This document shows positions 33,892-45,247 of a DNA stretch of 64,000 nt, in pieces. A model generated the notes under the pieces. It was given only the letters and a program-made list of their open reading frames with translations, searched no databases and had not been told where the DNA came from. Position 1 is the first letter of the stretch, and every line of letters starts with the position of its first letter. Both the position numbers and the translations under genes were made by a program. The DNA is from Escherichia coli (lineage in GTDB: Bacteria; Pseudomonadota; Gammaproteobacteria; Enterobacterales; Enterobacteriaceae): assembly GCF_013122565.1 (NCBI RefSeq), contig NZ_CP053258.1; one strand, 5' to 3'.

Positions 33892-35283
33892 TTATTTTTT
33901 AGAATGCCGACCATATACCGCCCAGGTAATCACTACGCAGGCGATATAGAAAATCAAAAATACCTTCATTGCGCCGACTGGCGAACCCGTTAATGCCAGC
34001 GAGCTACCAAACGCTTTCGGGATAAAGAAGCCACCAATCGCGCCAATCGCAGAGATGAAACCCAGCGCCGCCGCCGTGTCGGTTGCCGCTTCACGCATCG
34101 CACGTTCGTCAGAACCCCCTTCTGCTTTCACGCGATCCATTGTCAGTTTACGGAAGATCACTGAAATCATCTGGAAAGTGGAACCACTACCCAGCCCAGC
34201 TGTCAGGAACAGCGCCAGGAAGACCGCGAAGAACGCCATGAAGCTTCCGCCCTGCCCGTCAGTCGGTAAGGTCAGGAACAGCAGGCCGCTGAAAATCGCC
34301 ATCAGAATAAAGTTCACCAGCGTGACACGAGTTCCGCCCAGACGGTCAGATAATGCACCACCTGCAGAACGCGCCAGCGCACCAATAAACGGCCCGAAGA
34401 AAGCGTATTGCAGAATCTGAACATCCGGGAACTGCGTTTTTGACAGCATCGCAAAGCCCGCGGAGAAGCCGATAAAGGAGCCGAAGGTTGCCAGATACAG
34501 CAGGCTCATAATCCACAGATGACCCCGTTTGAGTACCGGCAACTGCTCCTTGATGGAGGCTTTCGAGGTAGCAAGATCGTTCATGCCAAACCACGCCGCA
34601 ATGGTGAAGATGGCAAGGAACGGCACCCATATCCAGGACGCATTCGCCAGATACAGCTCAGTCCCATCCGGCTGTTTGACGCCCTGGCTACCAAATACTG
34701 CGAAAATCGACAGTGATACCACCAGCGGAGCAACCAACTGCATGACGCTGACGCCCATATTTCCCAGACCACCATTCAGACCCAGCGCGCCACCCTGCTT
34801 CTGTTTCGGAAAGAAGAAGCTGATGTTTGCCATACTGGATGCGAAGTTCGCGCCAGCAAAGCCGCACAGCAGAGAGATGATGATGAAGACGCTATAAGGC
34901 GTGGAGGTATCCTGCACGGCAAAACCCAGCCAGACGCAAGGAATAATCAGAATACCGGTGCTGAACGCCGTCCAGCGACGACCACCGAAGATAGGAACCA
35001 TAAAAGAGTATGGAACACGTAATAACGCGCCAGAAACCGAAGGCAGCGCAGTCAACATAAATAGCTGATCGGTCGTAAAATTAAAACCGACTTTCGGTAA
35101 GTTCACCGCAACAGCGCTGAACAACATCCATACGCAAAACGCCAGCAGCAGACAGGGAACGGAAATCCACAGGTTGCGGCTGGCAATACGTTGACCGCGT
35201 TGTTGCCAGAACGCAGGATCTTCCGGTCGCCAATCTGTAATGACAGCTCCAGTAGCCCTTTCGGGGGCGGATGAGTGACTCAT
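33892..35283 (-). CDS. narK: Nitrate/nitrite antiporter NarK (MFS, 463 aa)
   Basis: MSHSSAPERATGAVITDWRPEDPAFWQ, 12-TM MFS; track ORF starts 2 codons upstream. Confidence 0.96.
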   Translation of the reverse strand: MSHSSAPERATGAVITDWRPEDPAFWQQRGQRIASRNLWISVPCLLLAFCVWMLFSAVAVNLPKVGFNFTTDQLFMLTALPSVSGALLRVPYSFMVPIFGGRRWTAFSTGILIIPCVWLGFAVQDTSTPYSVFIIISLLCGFAGANFASSMANISFFFPKQKQGGALGLNGGLGNMGVSVMQLVAPLVVSLSIFAVFGSQGVKQPDGTELYLANASWIWVPFLAIFTIAAWFGMNDLATSKASIKEQLPVLKRGHLWIMSLLYLATFGSFIGFSAGFAMLSKTQFPDVQILQYAFFGPFIGALARSAGGALSDRLGGTRVTLVNFILMAIFSGLLFLTLPTDGQGGSFMAFFAVFLALFLTAGLGSGSTFQMISVIFRKLTMDRVKAEGGSDERAMREAATDTAAALGFISAIGAIGGFFIPKAFGSSLALTGSPVGAMKVFLIFYIACVVITWAVYGRHSKK

Positions 35284-35342
35284 AGACACCTCTGATACTC
35301 GTTTCGATGTCTGCCACCTTAGTGTCTGTAGCTAAAGGCAAT

Positions 35343-35356
35343 TTGATGTAAATCAA
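35343..35356. promoter_or_regulatory. FNR box 1 of narK promoter (TTGAT-GTAA-ATCAA)
   Basis: Perfect inverted repeat tttgatgtaaatcaaa ~65 bp upstream of the narK start. Confidence 0.8.
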
Positions 35357-35380
35357 ACGATAAGATAACTTTATCTATCA

Positions 35381-35394
35381 TTGATATTTATCAT
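35381..35394. promoter_or_regulatory. FNR box 2 of narK promoter (TTGAT-ATTT-ATCAT)
   Basis: Near-consensus site centred 38 bp upstream of box 1, the spacing expected for tandem -41.5/-79.5 FNR sites. Confidence 0.7.
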
Positions 35395-35621
35395 TACCCA
35401 TAGTGAGTACAGTGATTTCATAAAAATTATGAGATTTTTCACGGTGCTGTAAAATCCCTACCCTTACCGATGTAAAGCGACTAACCACACGGCAAATAAG
35501 GAGTAACTCTTTCCGGGTATGGGTATACTTCAGCCAATAGCCGAGAATACTGCCATTCCAGAATGCATCGTCACATTCATTAAGGTTATTGCTCATTTAA
35601 AGCCTGAAGGAAGAGGTTTAC

Positions 35622-37418
35622 ATGCTTAAACGTTGTCTCTCTCCGCTCACCCTGGTTAATCAGGTTGCGCTTATTGTGTTGCTTTCTACTGCTATTGGAC
35701 TGGCAGGGATGGCGGTTTCTGGCTGGCTGGTGCAAGGCGTTCAGGGCAGCGCCCATGCGATCAACAAAGCGGGATCGCTGCGCATGCAAAGTTACCGTCT
35801 GTTGGCGGCAGTGCCATTAAGCGAGAAAGACAAACCCTTAATTAAAGAGATGGAACAAACGGCATTTAGCGCCGAGTTGACTCGAGCAGCAGAACGAGAC
35901 GGACAACTGGCGCAATTACAGGGTTTACAAGATTACTGGCGTAATGAACTGATCCCTGCGCTGATACGTGCACAAAACCGCGAAACGGTGTCAGCGGATG
36001 TCAGCCAGTTTGTTGCCGGGCTTGATCAGCTGGTATCTGGTTTTGACCGCACCACGGAAATGCGCATTGAGACAGTGGTACTAGTCCATCGGGTAATGGC
36101 GGTATTTATGGCACTTTTACTGGTGTTCACTATTATTTGGTTGCGGGCGCGACTGCTACAACCGTGGCGGCAACTGCTGGCAATGGCGAGTGCCGTCAGC
36201 CATCGCGATTTTACCCAACGCGCGAACATCAGCGGGCGCAACGAAATGGCGATGCTTGGAACTGCATTGAACAATATGTCTGCAGAACTGGCCGAAAGTT
36301 ATGCCGTACTTGAGCAGCGGGTTCAGGAGAAAACCGCCGGGCTGGAGCATAAAAATCAGATCCTCTCTTTTTTATGGCAGGCCAACCGCCGATTGCATTC
36401 CCGCGCCCCGCTGTGTGAACGCCTGTCACCTGTACTCAACGGCTTACAGAATTTAACCCTGCTACGTGATATCGAACTGCGGGTGTATGACACTGATGAT
36501 GAAGAGAATCATCAGGAGTTTACCTGCCAGCCAGATATGACTTGTGATGATAAAGGCTGCCAGCTCTGCCCGCGCGGCGTATTACCCGTTGGTGATCGCG
36601 GCACGACCCTGAAGTGGCGGCTGGCTGACTCTCATACGCAGTACGGTATTTTGCTGGCGACCCTGCCGCAGGGGCGTCATCTTAGCCATGATCAACAACA
36701 ACTGGTGGATACCCTGGTTGAACAACTCACCGCCACGCTGGCGCTGGATCGCCATCAGGAACGTCAGCAACAGTTGATCGTGATGGAAGAGCGTGCCACC
36801 ATTGCGCGCGAACTGCATGATTCTATTGCCCAATCTCTCTCTTGCATGAAGATGCAGGTGAGTTGTTTACAGATGCAGGGCGATGCGCTGCCAGAAAGCA
36901 GCCGCGAACTGTTAAGTCAGATCCGTAACGAACTGAATGCATCCTGGGCGCAGTTGCGTGAATTGCTCACCACATTCCGCTTGCAGCTCACCGAGCCTGG
37001 ATTACGTCCGGCGCTGGAGGCGAGTTGCGAAGAGTACAGCGCCAAATTTGGCTTCCCGGTGAAGCTGGATTATCAATTGCCGCCTCGCCTGGTGCCTTCG
37101 CATCAGGCAATCCACTTGTTGCAAATTGCCCGTGAGGCATTAAGTAACGCCCTCAAACATTCGCAAGCGAGTGAAGTCGTGGTGACGGTGGCGCAAAACG
37201 ATAATCAGGTCAAACTGACCGTCCAGGATAACGGCTGCGGCGTGCCTGAAAATGCCATCCGCAGCAATCACTACGGCATGATAATAATGCGCGACCGTGC
37301 GCAAAGTTTACGAGGCGATTGCCGCGTCCGCCGTCGTGAATCAGGTGGCACCGAAGTGGTGGTCACCTTTATTCCCGAAAAAACTTTCACAGACGTCCAA
37401 GGAGATACCCATGAGTAA
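35622..37418 (+). CDS. narX: Nitrate/nitrite sensor histidine kinase NarX
   Basis: 598-aa ORF with two TM helices flanking a periplasmic domain, HAMP, and HisKA_3/HATPase ([11 protein letters not shown]). Confidence 0.97.
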
Positions 37419-38061
37419 TCAGGAACCGGCTACTATCCTGCTGATTGACGATCACCCGATGCTGCGAACTGGCGTAAAACAGCTTATCAGTATGGCACCA
37501 GATATCACCGTGGTTGGCGAAGCGAGTAATGGCGAACAGGGTATTGAACTGGCGGAATCTCTTGATCCCGATCTGATCCTGTTAGATCTCAATATGCCCG
37601 GCATGAACGGTCTGGAAACGCTGGATAAACTGCGCGAAAAGTCCCTCTCAGGGCGCATTGTGGTATTCAGCGTCTCTAACCATGAAGAAGATGTGGTCAC
37701 CGCACTGAAACGCGGCGCGGATGGTTATCTGTTAAAAGATATGGAACCGGAAGATCTGCTGAAAGCATTGCATCAGGCAGCTGCTGGCGAAATGGTATTA
37801 AGCGAAGCATTAACGCCTGTTCTGGCCGCCAGCTTGCGCGCTAACCGTGCCACTACTGAGCGCGATGTTAACCAGTTAACCCCACGCGAGCGCGATATTC
37901 TCAAGCTGATTGCCCAGGGTTTGCCGAACAAGATGATTGCCCGCCGCCTGGATATCACCGAAAGCACAGTAAAAGTGCACGTCAAGCACATGCTGAAGAA
38001 AATGAAGCTCAAGTCTCGCGTGGAAGCAGCGGTATGGGTGCATCAGGAGCGCATTTTCTGA
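37411..38061 (+). CDS. narL: Nitrate/nitrite response regulator NarL (216 aa)
   Basis: [24 protein letters not shown] receiver domain plus LuxR-type HTH; start overlaps narX end by 8 bp. Confidence 0.97.
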
Positions 38062-39456
38062 TTACGGTTCCCAGCGCAGTTCGTCGTTTGACAATGCATC
38101 GAACGGTTCGACAAGCGTTAGCGTGATCTCATTGGAGGAGACACGCTGCCCCTGGTTATCTTCCACCACCACCGACAATCGCCAGTGATTGCTCGCCCCT
38201 TCCCCGTTCTGCCAGTCAGGCATGATCAGCGTCCAGCCCTCCGCGCTGTTGGCTTGTGCGCCCGGCGTCAAACTTAATATCTGCGTATCGCCCTGCCAAA
38301 TCAGTTGCCGAATACCGTAACGACTGCGGATTTGTAATTTCAGCGGCACTGTTTCGCCAGGTTTTAGATCCCACGGCGGTGTCGCCAGAAACACCGTTAA
38401 CGTTTTTCGCTGTCGGTACTCAAGAGTCGGTAGATTATTTCGCTGCGGATTATCATAGCGACTACCACGTAACGACTGACTTTCGGCAACCTCGCCCGCA
38501 GAAAGTTGTTTTTTGAGCGGTACACCAAAGCGGTAATTAAGATTCAGTCCGAGGTTATTTTGATTTTCGCCACTTTCACCCTGTTTATGCTGGGCCGTCA
38601 CAGTGACTAATGGCACAGGGGTGTAATTTAATCCCAGACTCAACGCGACGGGATTGTGATAACCCGTACCAGAGTTAAACAAATCAACACGCTCACCAAA
38701 ATACTGTTCTACCCTGACACTGGTATTGAGGTGTTGATAGAACGGCATGCGCATCCGGGCTGTCAGGTCATACCCGCGCGCCATCCGTTGTTCCTGCGTG
38801 GCTGTCTGTTCATGCCATGCAGCAAACGGCTGATAAAAGTTTGCCGATAGTCGCAAATATTCGCCCCACGCTTCGGCACCAAAGCCCGCTCGCTGAAGAT
38901 TTTCGTCCAGCAAGTTGTCATAAAAAGTGTTATAACCCACCAGCCAGTTGCCGCGCGCCCAGCGTTGCCCAACGCCCACATTGCTCACCAACCCATCATC
39001 CTGCTGAGTAAGACCAAGCTGGCTCCAGGTGAGATAACGATCATTATCTTGTAACGGCACAAACCAGCTTCCACGACTGCCGGTGAAATGTCCTTCGTTA
39101 TCCACTTTGACGTCAACACTGGCATTTCCCCACGGTGATAGCCAGGACTCTACGTGCTGATTAACCTGTTGACTAAGCGCGTCGCGGACTTTTCCCAATG
39201 CGAAAGCTTTTGCCTGCTCGCCAGTATCCAGCCCGTTATCATTCATACTGGTTTCGCCGAAATCTTTCACAATTTCAGCAAAGTGTTTTTCCCCATCATG
39301 ATTTTCGGGAGCCATGCCTAAATCCGGCAGACCATCATTGTTATTATCAAAGGGATTTGCCGCTTTTTGCTCGAAGGTAGATTGTGCGTTAGCTGTACCG
39401 CCTGCTACAAGCAAGAGTAAATAAAACGGGATAATGCGAGGAACGAAACGGCTCAA
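38062..39456 (-). CDS. ychO: Invasin/intimin-family outer membrane protein YchO
   Basis: 464-aa ORF with signal peptide and intimin/invasin-like beta-barrel region; synteny. Confidence 0.85.
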   Translation of the reverse strand: MSRFVPRIIPFYLLLLVAGGTANAQSTFEQKAANPFDNNNDGLPDLGMAPENHDGEKHFAEIVKDFGETSMNDNGLDTGEQAKAFALGKVRDALSQQVNQHVESWLSPWGNASVDVKVDNEGHFTGSRGSWFVPLQDNDRYLTWSQLGLTQQDDGLVSNVGVGQRWARGNWLVGYNTFYDNLLDENLQRAGFGAEAWGEYLRLSANFYQPFAAWHEQTATQEQRMARGYDLTARMRMPFYQHLNTSVRVEQYFGERVDLFNSGTGYHNPVALSLGLNYTPVPLVTVTAQHKQGESGENQNNLGLNLNYRFGVPLKKQLSAGEVAESQSLRGSRYDNPQRNNLPTLEYRQRKTLTVFLATPPWDLKPGETVPLKLQIRSRYGIRQLIWQGDTQILSLTPGAQANSAEGWTLIMPDWQNGEGASNHWRLSVVVEDNQGQRVSSNEITLTLVEPFDALSNDELRWEP

Positions 39457-39478
39457 AACGTCGGTAACTTCCGGTAAT

Positions 39479-39518
<40 letters not shown>

Positions 39519-39519
39519 A

Positions 39520-39623
<104 letters not shown>

Positions 39624-39640
39624 GAATACAGGAGTAAATA

Positions 39641-39994
39641 ATGCAAAAAATCGTGATCGTTGCCAATGGCGCACCTTACGGGAGCGAATCCTTGTTTAAC
39701 AGCTTGCGGCTGGCCATTGCGTTACGAGAGCAGGAGAGCAATCTGGATCTGCGTCTGTTCCTCATGTCTGATGCGGTCACAGCCGGGTTGCGCGGGCAAA
39801 AACCAGGGGAAGGCTACAACATTCAGCAAATGCTGGAGATCCTTACCGCTCAGAATGTACCGGTGAAATTGTGCAAAACCTGTACCGACGGGCGCGGGAT
39901 TAGCACACTTCCTCTTATTGATGGGGTGGAAATCGGTACTCTTGTGGAACTGGCGCAATGGACGCTGTCAGCCGATAAAGTGCTCACATTTTAA
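39641..39994 (+). CDS. ychN: DsrE/DsrF-like protein YchN
   Basis: 117-aa ORF MQKIVIVANGAPYGSESLFNSLRLAIAL recognised. Confidence 0.9.
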   Translation: MQKIVIVANGAPYGSESLFNSLRLAIALREQESNLDLRLFLMSDAVTAGLRGQKPGEGYNIQQMLEILTAQNVPVKLCKTCTDGRGISTLPLIDGVEIGTLVELAQWTLSADKVLTF

Positions 39995-40037
39995 TGTTTG
40001 AGGGGGCGTCTGACGCCCCACTATGAGGGAAGTTTAC

Positions 40038-40733
40038 TCAGGCGAATCCCGGCCGTAACACACCATCCGGATAATTCTCCGCCAGCAGTTTTTTTACCGA
40101 TACCAGCAAATCATTCAGCCCATCGTCCTGCATTCCCAGTTTGATAAGCTCCTGTTCCAGTGAAAACAGGTATTGTGCGTTGGTTCCCAGCGGACCGCTC
40201 GCCGCCGCAATCAACGGCGCGATGACCTGAGCGCGAGTGTCAGATTCATATTCTGGATGTCGCGGGTCCATAATAAACACAATGGCGTTTACTGTGCGTC
40301 CATCATCAAGATCAAGCTGACACCAGGTTGGCAGATAACAGCCGGTAATCATCTCGCGCTTCCACAACAGGGTTAGTTCCTGCTCCAGCGTCTCTTCTGG
40401 CAGTCGATAGGCGACGCCTGTGGTGCGTCCGCCCTCTTTCAGTGCAAGCATCCGTCCCGGCTGGTGCGCAGTCCCGCGCCCGGCGGTCAGGCGCAGGCAA
40501 AACGCGCGATGCCATCCAACCAGTGTACCGGTGCACGACTCGGTAAACTCCAGTGCCGGATTCCACATCAACGATCCATAACCGAAGATCCACACCGGTC
40601 CCTCATCAGGTCGACAAGCCAGCGTCGCCGCCAGCGAAGCCGCCCGTTGTTCTGCTGACCATAAGAGTGATTCTTCAATGGCACCAAATGCCGTTTTACA
40701 ATCGGCATTCATCAAGAAATCACGCGTTATCAC
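40038..40733 (-). CDS. chaC: Glutathione-specific gamma-glutamylcyclotransferase ChaC (231 aa, GTG start)
   Basis: YGSLMWNP motif and recognised ChaC sequence. Confidence 0.9.
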   Translation of the reverse strand: MITRDFLMNADCKTAFGAIEESLLWSAEQRAASLAATLACRPDEGPVWIFGYGSLMWNPALEFTESCTGTLVGWHRAFCLRLTAGRGTAHQPGRMLALKEGGRTTGVAYRLPEETLEQELTLLWKREMITGCYLPTWCQLDLDDGRTVNAIVFIMDPRHPEYESDTRAQVIAPLIAAASGPLGTNAQYLFSLEQELIKLGMQDDGLNDLLVSVKKLLAENYPDGVLRPGFA

Positions 40734-40890
40734 CTTACACCTCCGCCACTGCATGCTTCCCTGCGACAACTTTTTGGTGTCTTCCGGACATTTTTACTGC
40801 TCATTTTGAAACCACTAACGCGACAATATGCAATCCGCGGACCACTTGCAAGGCAACACCGCACAAATAGCTTTAACTAAGCTACCGGTT

Positions 40891-41121
40891 TTACGATTTT
40901 TTATGCCATTTATCATCATCCCCTTTGGCATATTCATGCTTCACAGCAGCCCAGGCCACTTTATGCGCGGTTTCTTCGCGACTGGCGTCATCACGCCGAT
41001 CTTCTTTATCTTTATATTGATCCCATGCGCTGTTGAACGCTTCTTTATAGATATCCTGGGCATGAGACGGTAGAACGTGCTTTACGCTTTCCGGCAGGTC
41101 GCTTTTCGTTTTATACGGCAT
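40891..41121 (-). CDS. chaB: Cation transport regulator ChaB
   Basis: 76-aa ORF MPYKTKSDLPESVKHVLPSHAQDIYKEAFNSAWDQYKDK recognised. Confidence 0.93.
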   Translation of the reverse strand: MPYKTKSDLPESVKHVLPSHAQDIYKEAFNSAWDQYKDKEDRRDDASREETAHKVAWAAVKHEYAKGDDDKWHKKS

Positions 41122-41390
41122 CGTTGACTCCTTTTACAAAGTTGAACACTAAGTGTGGTCAACAATATCTACTCTTGCCAAAACATAAGAATTTTCATGT
41201 CAGACTGTTCTTAAGAAACGCTAAAACAAACATTGTCTAAACGTATTACTTATTTTTATGCCCAAATGAGTAAAAAATCGACAGCGCGGTAAAAATTCGT
41301 AAAATGTTACCGATATCCAGACACTTTCTGTTATTTTTCCTACCTATTTTTTACATTTTCGATAAATTCATCTGCAAAGGGATAACCATA

Positions 41391-42491
41391 ATGTCAAATG
41401 CTCAAGAGGCGGTAAAAACCCGCCACAAGGAGACTTCGCTTATTTTCCCGGTTCTGGCGCTGGTAGTGCTGTTCCTGTGGGGAAGCAGCCAGACACTACC
41501 AGTGGTCATTGCCATCAATCTTCTTGCGCTTATTGGTATTTTAAGTAGCGCCTTTAGTGTTGTCCGTCATGCGGACGTATTAGCCCATCGCCTGGGAGAA
41601 CCTTACGGTTCGCTTATTCTTAGCCTTTCAGTGGTTATTCTTGAAGTCAGTTTGATTTCAGCTTTAATGGCAACCGGCGACGCCGCGCCAACGCTAATGC
41701 GTGATACGCTCTATTCGATCATTATGATTGTTACCGGTGGGCTGGTCGGCTTTTCATTATTGTTGGGCGGTCGTAAGTTTGCCACCCAATATATGAATCT
41801 GTTTGGTATCAAGCAGTATTTAATTGCGCTGTTCCCCTTGGCGATAATCGTACTGGTATTTCCAATGGCTCTGCCTGCGGCGAATTTTTCAACCGGTCAG
41901 GCGTTACTGGTAGCATTAATTTCTGCGGCAATGTATGGCGTATTTTTGCTGATCCAGACCAAAACGCATCAAAGTTTGTTTGTCTACGAGCACGAAGATG
42001 ACAGTGATGACGACGACCCGCATCACGGTAAACCGTCTGCCCATAGCAGCCTGTGGCATGCTATCTGGTTGATTGTCCATCTGATTGCTGTTATTGCAGT
42101 CACCAAAATGAACGCCAGCCCGCTGGAGACTTTGCTCGACAGCATGAATGCCCCTGTCGCCTTTACTGGCTTCCTGGTGGCACTGTTGATTCTGTCGCCG
42201 GAAGGTTTAGGTGCGTTAAAAGCAGTGTTGAACAACCAGGTTCAGCGCGCGATGAATCTGTTCTTTGGTTCAGTGTTAGCAACCATTTCGCTTACCGTAC
42301 CTGTCGTGACGCTAATTGCCTTTATGACGGGTAACGAATTGCAGTTTGCACTTGGTGCGCCAGAAATGGTGGTGATGGTGGCCTCTTTAGTGCTGTGCCA
42401 TATCTCCTTCTCCACCGGACGTACTAACGTGCTCAATGGCGCAGCGCATCTGGCACTGTTTGCCGCCTATTTGATGACGATATTTGCCTGA
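41391..42491 (+). CDS. chaA: Ca2+/H+ (Na+/H+) antiporter ChaA (366 aa)
   Basis: MSNAQEAVKTRHKETSLIFPVLALVVLF; multi-TM with acidic HEDDSDDDDPHH loop; ATG at 41391. Confidence 0.95.
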   Translation: MSNAQEAVKTRHKETSLIFPVLALVVLFLWGSSQTLPVVIAINLLALIGILSSAFSVVRHADVLAHRLGEPYGSLILSLSVVILEVSLISALMATGDAAPTLMRDTLYSIIMIVTGGLVGFSLLLGGRKFATQYMNLFGIKQYLIALFPLAIIVLVFPMALPAANFSTGQALLVALISAAMYGVFLLIQTKTHQSLFVYEHEDDSDDDDPHHGKPSAHSSLWHAIWLIVHLIAVIAVTKMNASPLETLLDSMNAPVAFTGFLVALLILSPEGLGALKAVLNNQVQRAMNLFFGSVLATISLTVPVVTLIAFMTGNELQFALGAPEMVVMVASLVLCHISFSTGRTNVLNGAAHLALFAAYLMTIFA

Positions 42492-42780
42492 CAGTTATAT
42501 CTCCTCCGATGACGAAAATCGGGGGAGATAATGTAAATTCCTGCTTATTTTATTTCTTCATACTACCTGGACAGGTCGTTAATCAGAATTGCGAGCCTGT
42601 ACCACAACCTGCACGAAAACACTGCAACAGCTGTTGAAAAACCGGAATGTACTCTTTATTGCAAACATTTCAGGAATGAAGTGAAGATGAATTGAGACGT
42701 AGTATCCACACCAAGCCGGCGTTATCCGGTGAGGCGCAATGTTGCGGGGGCTTTATCCCTGGTGGCATTGGTTGCTGGAA

Positions 42781-42848
42781 AGAGAAAACCCCCGCACGTT
42801 GAGAGGTACAACCTGACAACAGAACGGGGGCTAATCTTGAACCAGAAC
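42781..42848 (-). ncRNA. rdl: Candidate Rdl-type antisense RNA (antitoxin of Ldr), ~66 nt; ends approximate
   Basis: Minus strand has -35 TTGTAA / 17 bp / -10 TATTCT, then a ~66-nt unit ending in CCCCCG...CGGGGG hairpin plus UUUUCUCUUU, placed antisense in the ldr leader. Confidence 0.45.
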
Positions 42849-42895
42849 AATTCAAGAATAGCCGCAAAATGTTGTCATTACAACAAGGCGGCTAT

Positions 42896-43003
42896 ATGAC
42901 GCTCGCGCAGTTTGCCATGATTTTCTGGCACGACCTGGCAGCACCGATCCTGGCGGGAATTATTACCGCAGCGATTGTCGGCTGGTGGCGTAACCGGAAG
43001 TAA
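42896..43003 (+). CDS. ldr: Ldr-family type I toxin peptide (35 aa)
   Basis: ATG at 42896; translation MTLAQFAMIFWHDLAAPILAGIITAAIVGWWRNRK, a single TM helix with basic tail; below the ORF-track length cutoff. Confidence 0.85.
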   Translation: MTLAQFAMIFWHDLAAPILAGIITAAIVGWWRNRK

Positions 43004-43151
43004 GGTGAAAACGGGCGTCAGGCTGCCGTGATGGCAATATGCGCCCGAAACCGGCCGCAGGGGTAACAGCCTGCGGCCTTTTTTGTATCCGGCACCCATG
43101 AAAAAAGTCTTAACGCAGAACGCTAATACTTTATTTTTCAAGCAAAAAAAA

Positions 43152-44015
<864 letters not shown>

Positions 44016-44041
44016 TTAATCTTGAGTAAAATGTCGATTAA

Positions 44042-44851
44042 TTAATGCAGCACAATATGTTTATGCGCGATGTTATTTATTTGCGCACGGATCATTTCGC
44101 TGATCGGGTCTTCCGGACACTGTTCAACGAAATAACTTAAATCGTTCAACGCAACGTGTTCGCAATCCAGTTGCGCATAAATCAACCCGCGATCGCGAAT
44201 TTCATAGGGATCTTCAGGGTTGAATTGTAATAAAGCTTCGCTGGTGCGTAACGCCAGCTCCATCTGATTTTCTTCCATCAACGAGGCTTTGAGTGTATCC
44301 AGCAATTTGCGGATTACCTCAATGTTATCAGCTTCATCAAGGTCTTCATAAAACAGTTCCGCTGACGGGCTGATATTTCCCTTTAACCATACGTCCAGCA
44401 TATGTTCGCTTAACGATTCACCGTTAAAAGGATTAATCAGCCAAATTTCGCCATCCGGACATTCAATGCGCAATATCAGCTGCGTAGGAAAAATCACCGG
44501 CAGCAGCGGCAAATCAAGACGATTCGCGACCCATAATAAAACGGCACCTAATGATACCGCACTGCCCTGTCGATTCTTTAACACCTGGTCCAGCCATAAC
44601 GCATCGGAAAGACGATAAACGCCGCGTGAGGCTTTAAATCCCCAGTCGCCGTAAAATAGCGCGATCAGTTTTTCCAGCTGCTCTTCTAAAGGCAGAAGCT
44701 GGCTGATTTCTTCCTTCGCCAGACTAACGAGACGCTCCAGTTCGTCGTAAACATCTTGCGAGGGAAAATCGCGGCGGATTGCTTCGCAAGCCAGGATCAT
44801 GCCTTCGCACAATGGCGCTTTATTAAATTCGAAATCAGCTAACGATCTCAT
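44042..44851 (-). CDS. ychA: Transglutaminase-like/TPR protein YchA (SirB1)
   Basis: 269-aa ORF recognised; synteny in prfA-prmC-ychQ-ychA-kdsA cluster. Confidence 0.88.
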   Translation of the reverse strand: MRSLADFEFNKAPLCEGMILACEAIRRDFPSQDVYDELERLVSLAKEEISQLLPLEEQLEKLIALFYGDWGFKASRGVYRLSDALWLDQVLKNRQGSAVSLGAVLLWVANRLDLPLLPVIFPTQLILRIECPDGEIWLINPFNGESLSEHMLDVWLKGNISPSAELFYEDLDEADNIEVIRKLLDTLKASLMEENQMELALRTSEALLQFNPEDPYEIRDRGLIYAQLDCEHVALNDLSYFVEQCPEDPISEMIRAQINNIAHKHIVLH

Positions 44852-44854
44852 GAC

Positions 44855-45247
44855 TTACCCCAGTAACGGTACTTTTGTGGTGGCGAGTTTAATGATGATG
44901 TACAGCACCACCAACGCCAGCGGGAAGGCAATAATGCGCGCCTGCTGACTGTGCATACGACGATAATCGAGTGCAATAAAACCCAAAACGATATAAATGA
45001 TAACTCCAAACAGCTTTTCAGTCAGCCACTGTGCCTGCCCGGAAAATGGCAGGATGTGCGCTTTAGCCATCAACGCAATGCCGCTTAACAATAACAGCGT
45101 ATCGACAACCGGCGGCACAATGCGCGTCCAGCGAGCAAATGCCTGTGGATGCTTCTGATAACGTAGCCAGAAACGTAAGGTTAATAGCCCAACAGAAAGC
45201 GCGATACTAATAAGATGAACACTAAGCAGTGTAGAAAAACTTGTCAT
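44855..45247 (-). CDS. ychQ: Inner membrane protein YchQ (SirB2)
   Basis: 130-aa four-TM ORF; synteny. Confidence 0.88.
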   Translation of the reverse strand: MTSFSTLLSVHLISIALSVGLLTLRFWLRYQKHPQAFARWTRIVPPVVDTLLLLSGIALMAKAHILPFSGQAQWLTEKLFGVIIYIVLGFIALDYRRMHSQQARIIAFPLALVVLYIIIKLATTKVPLLG

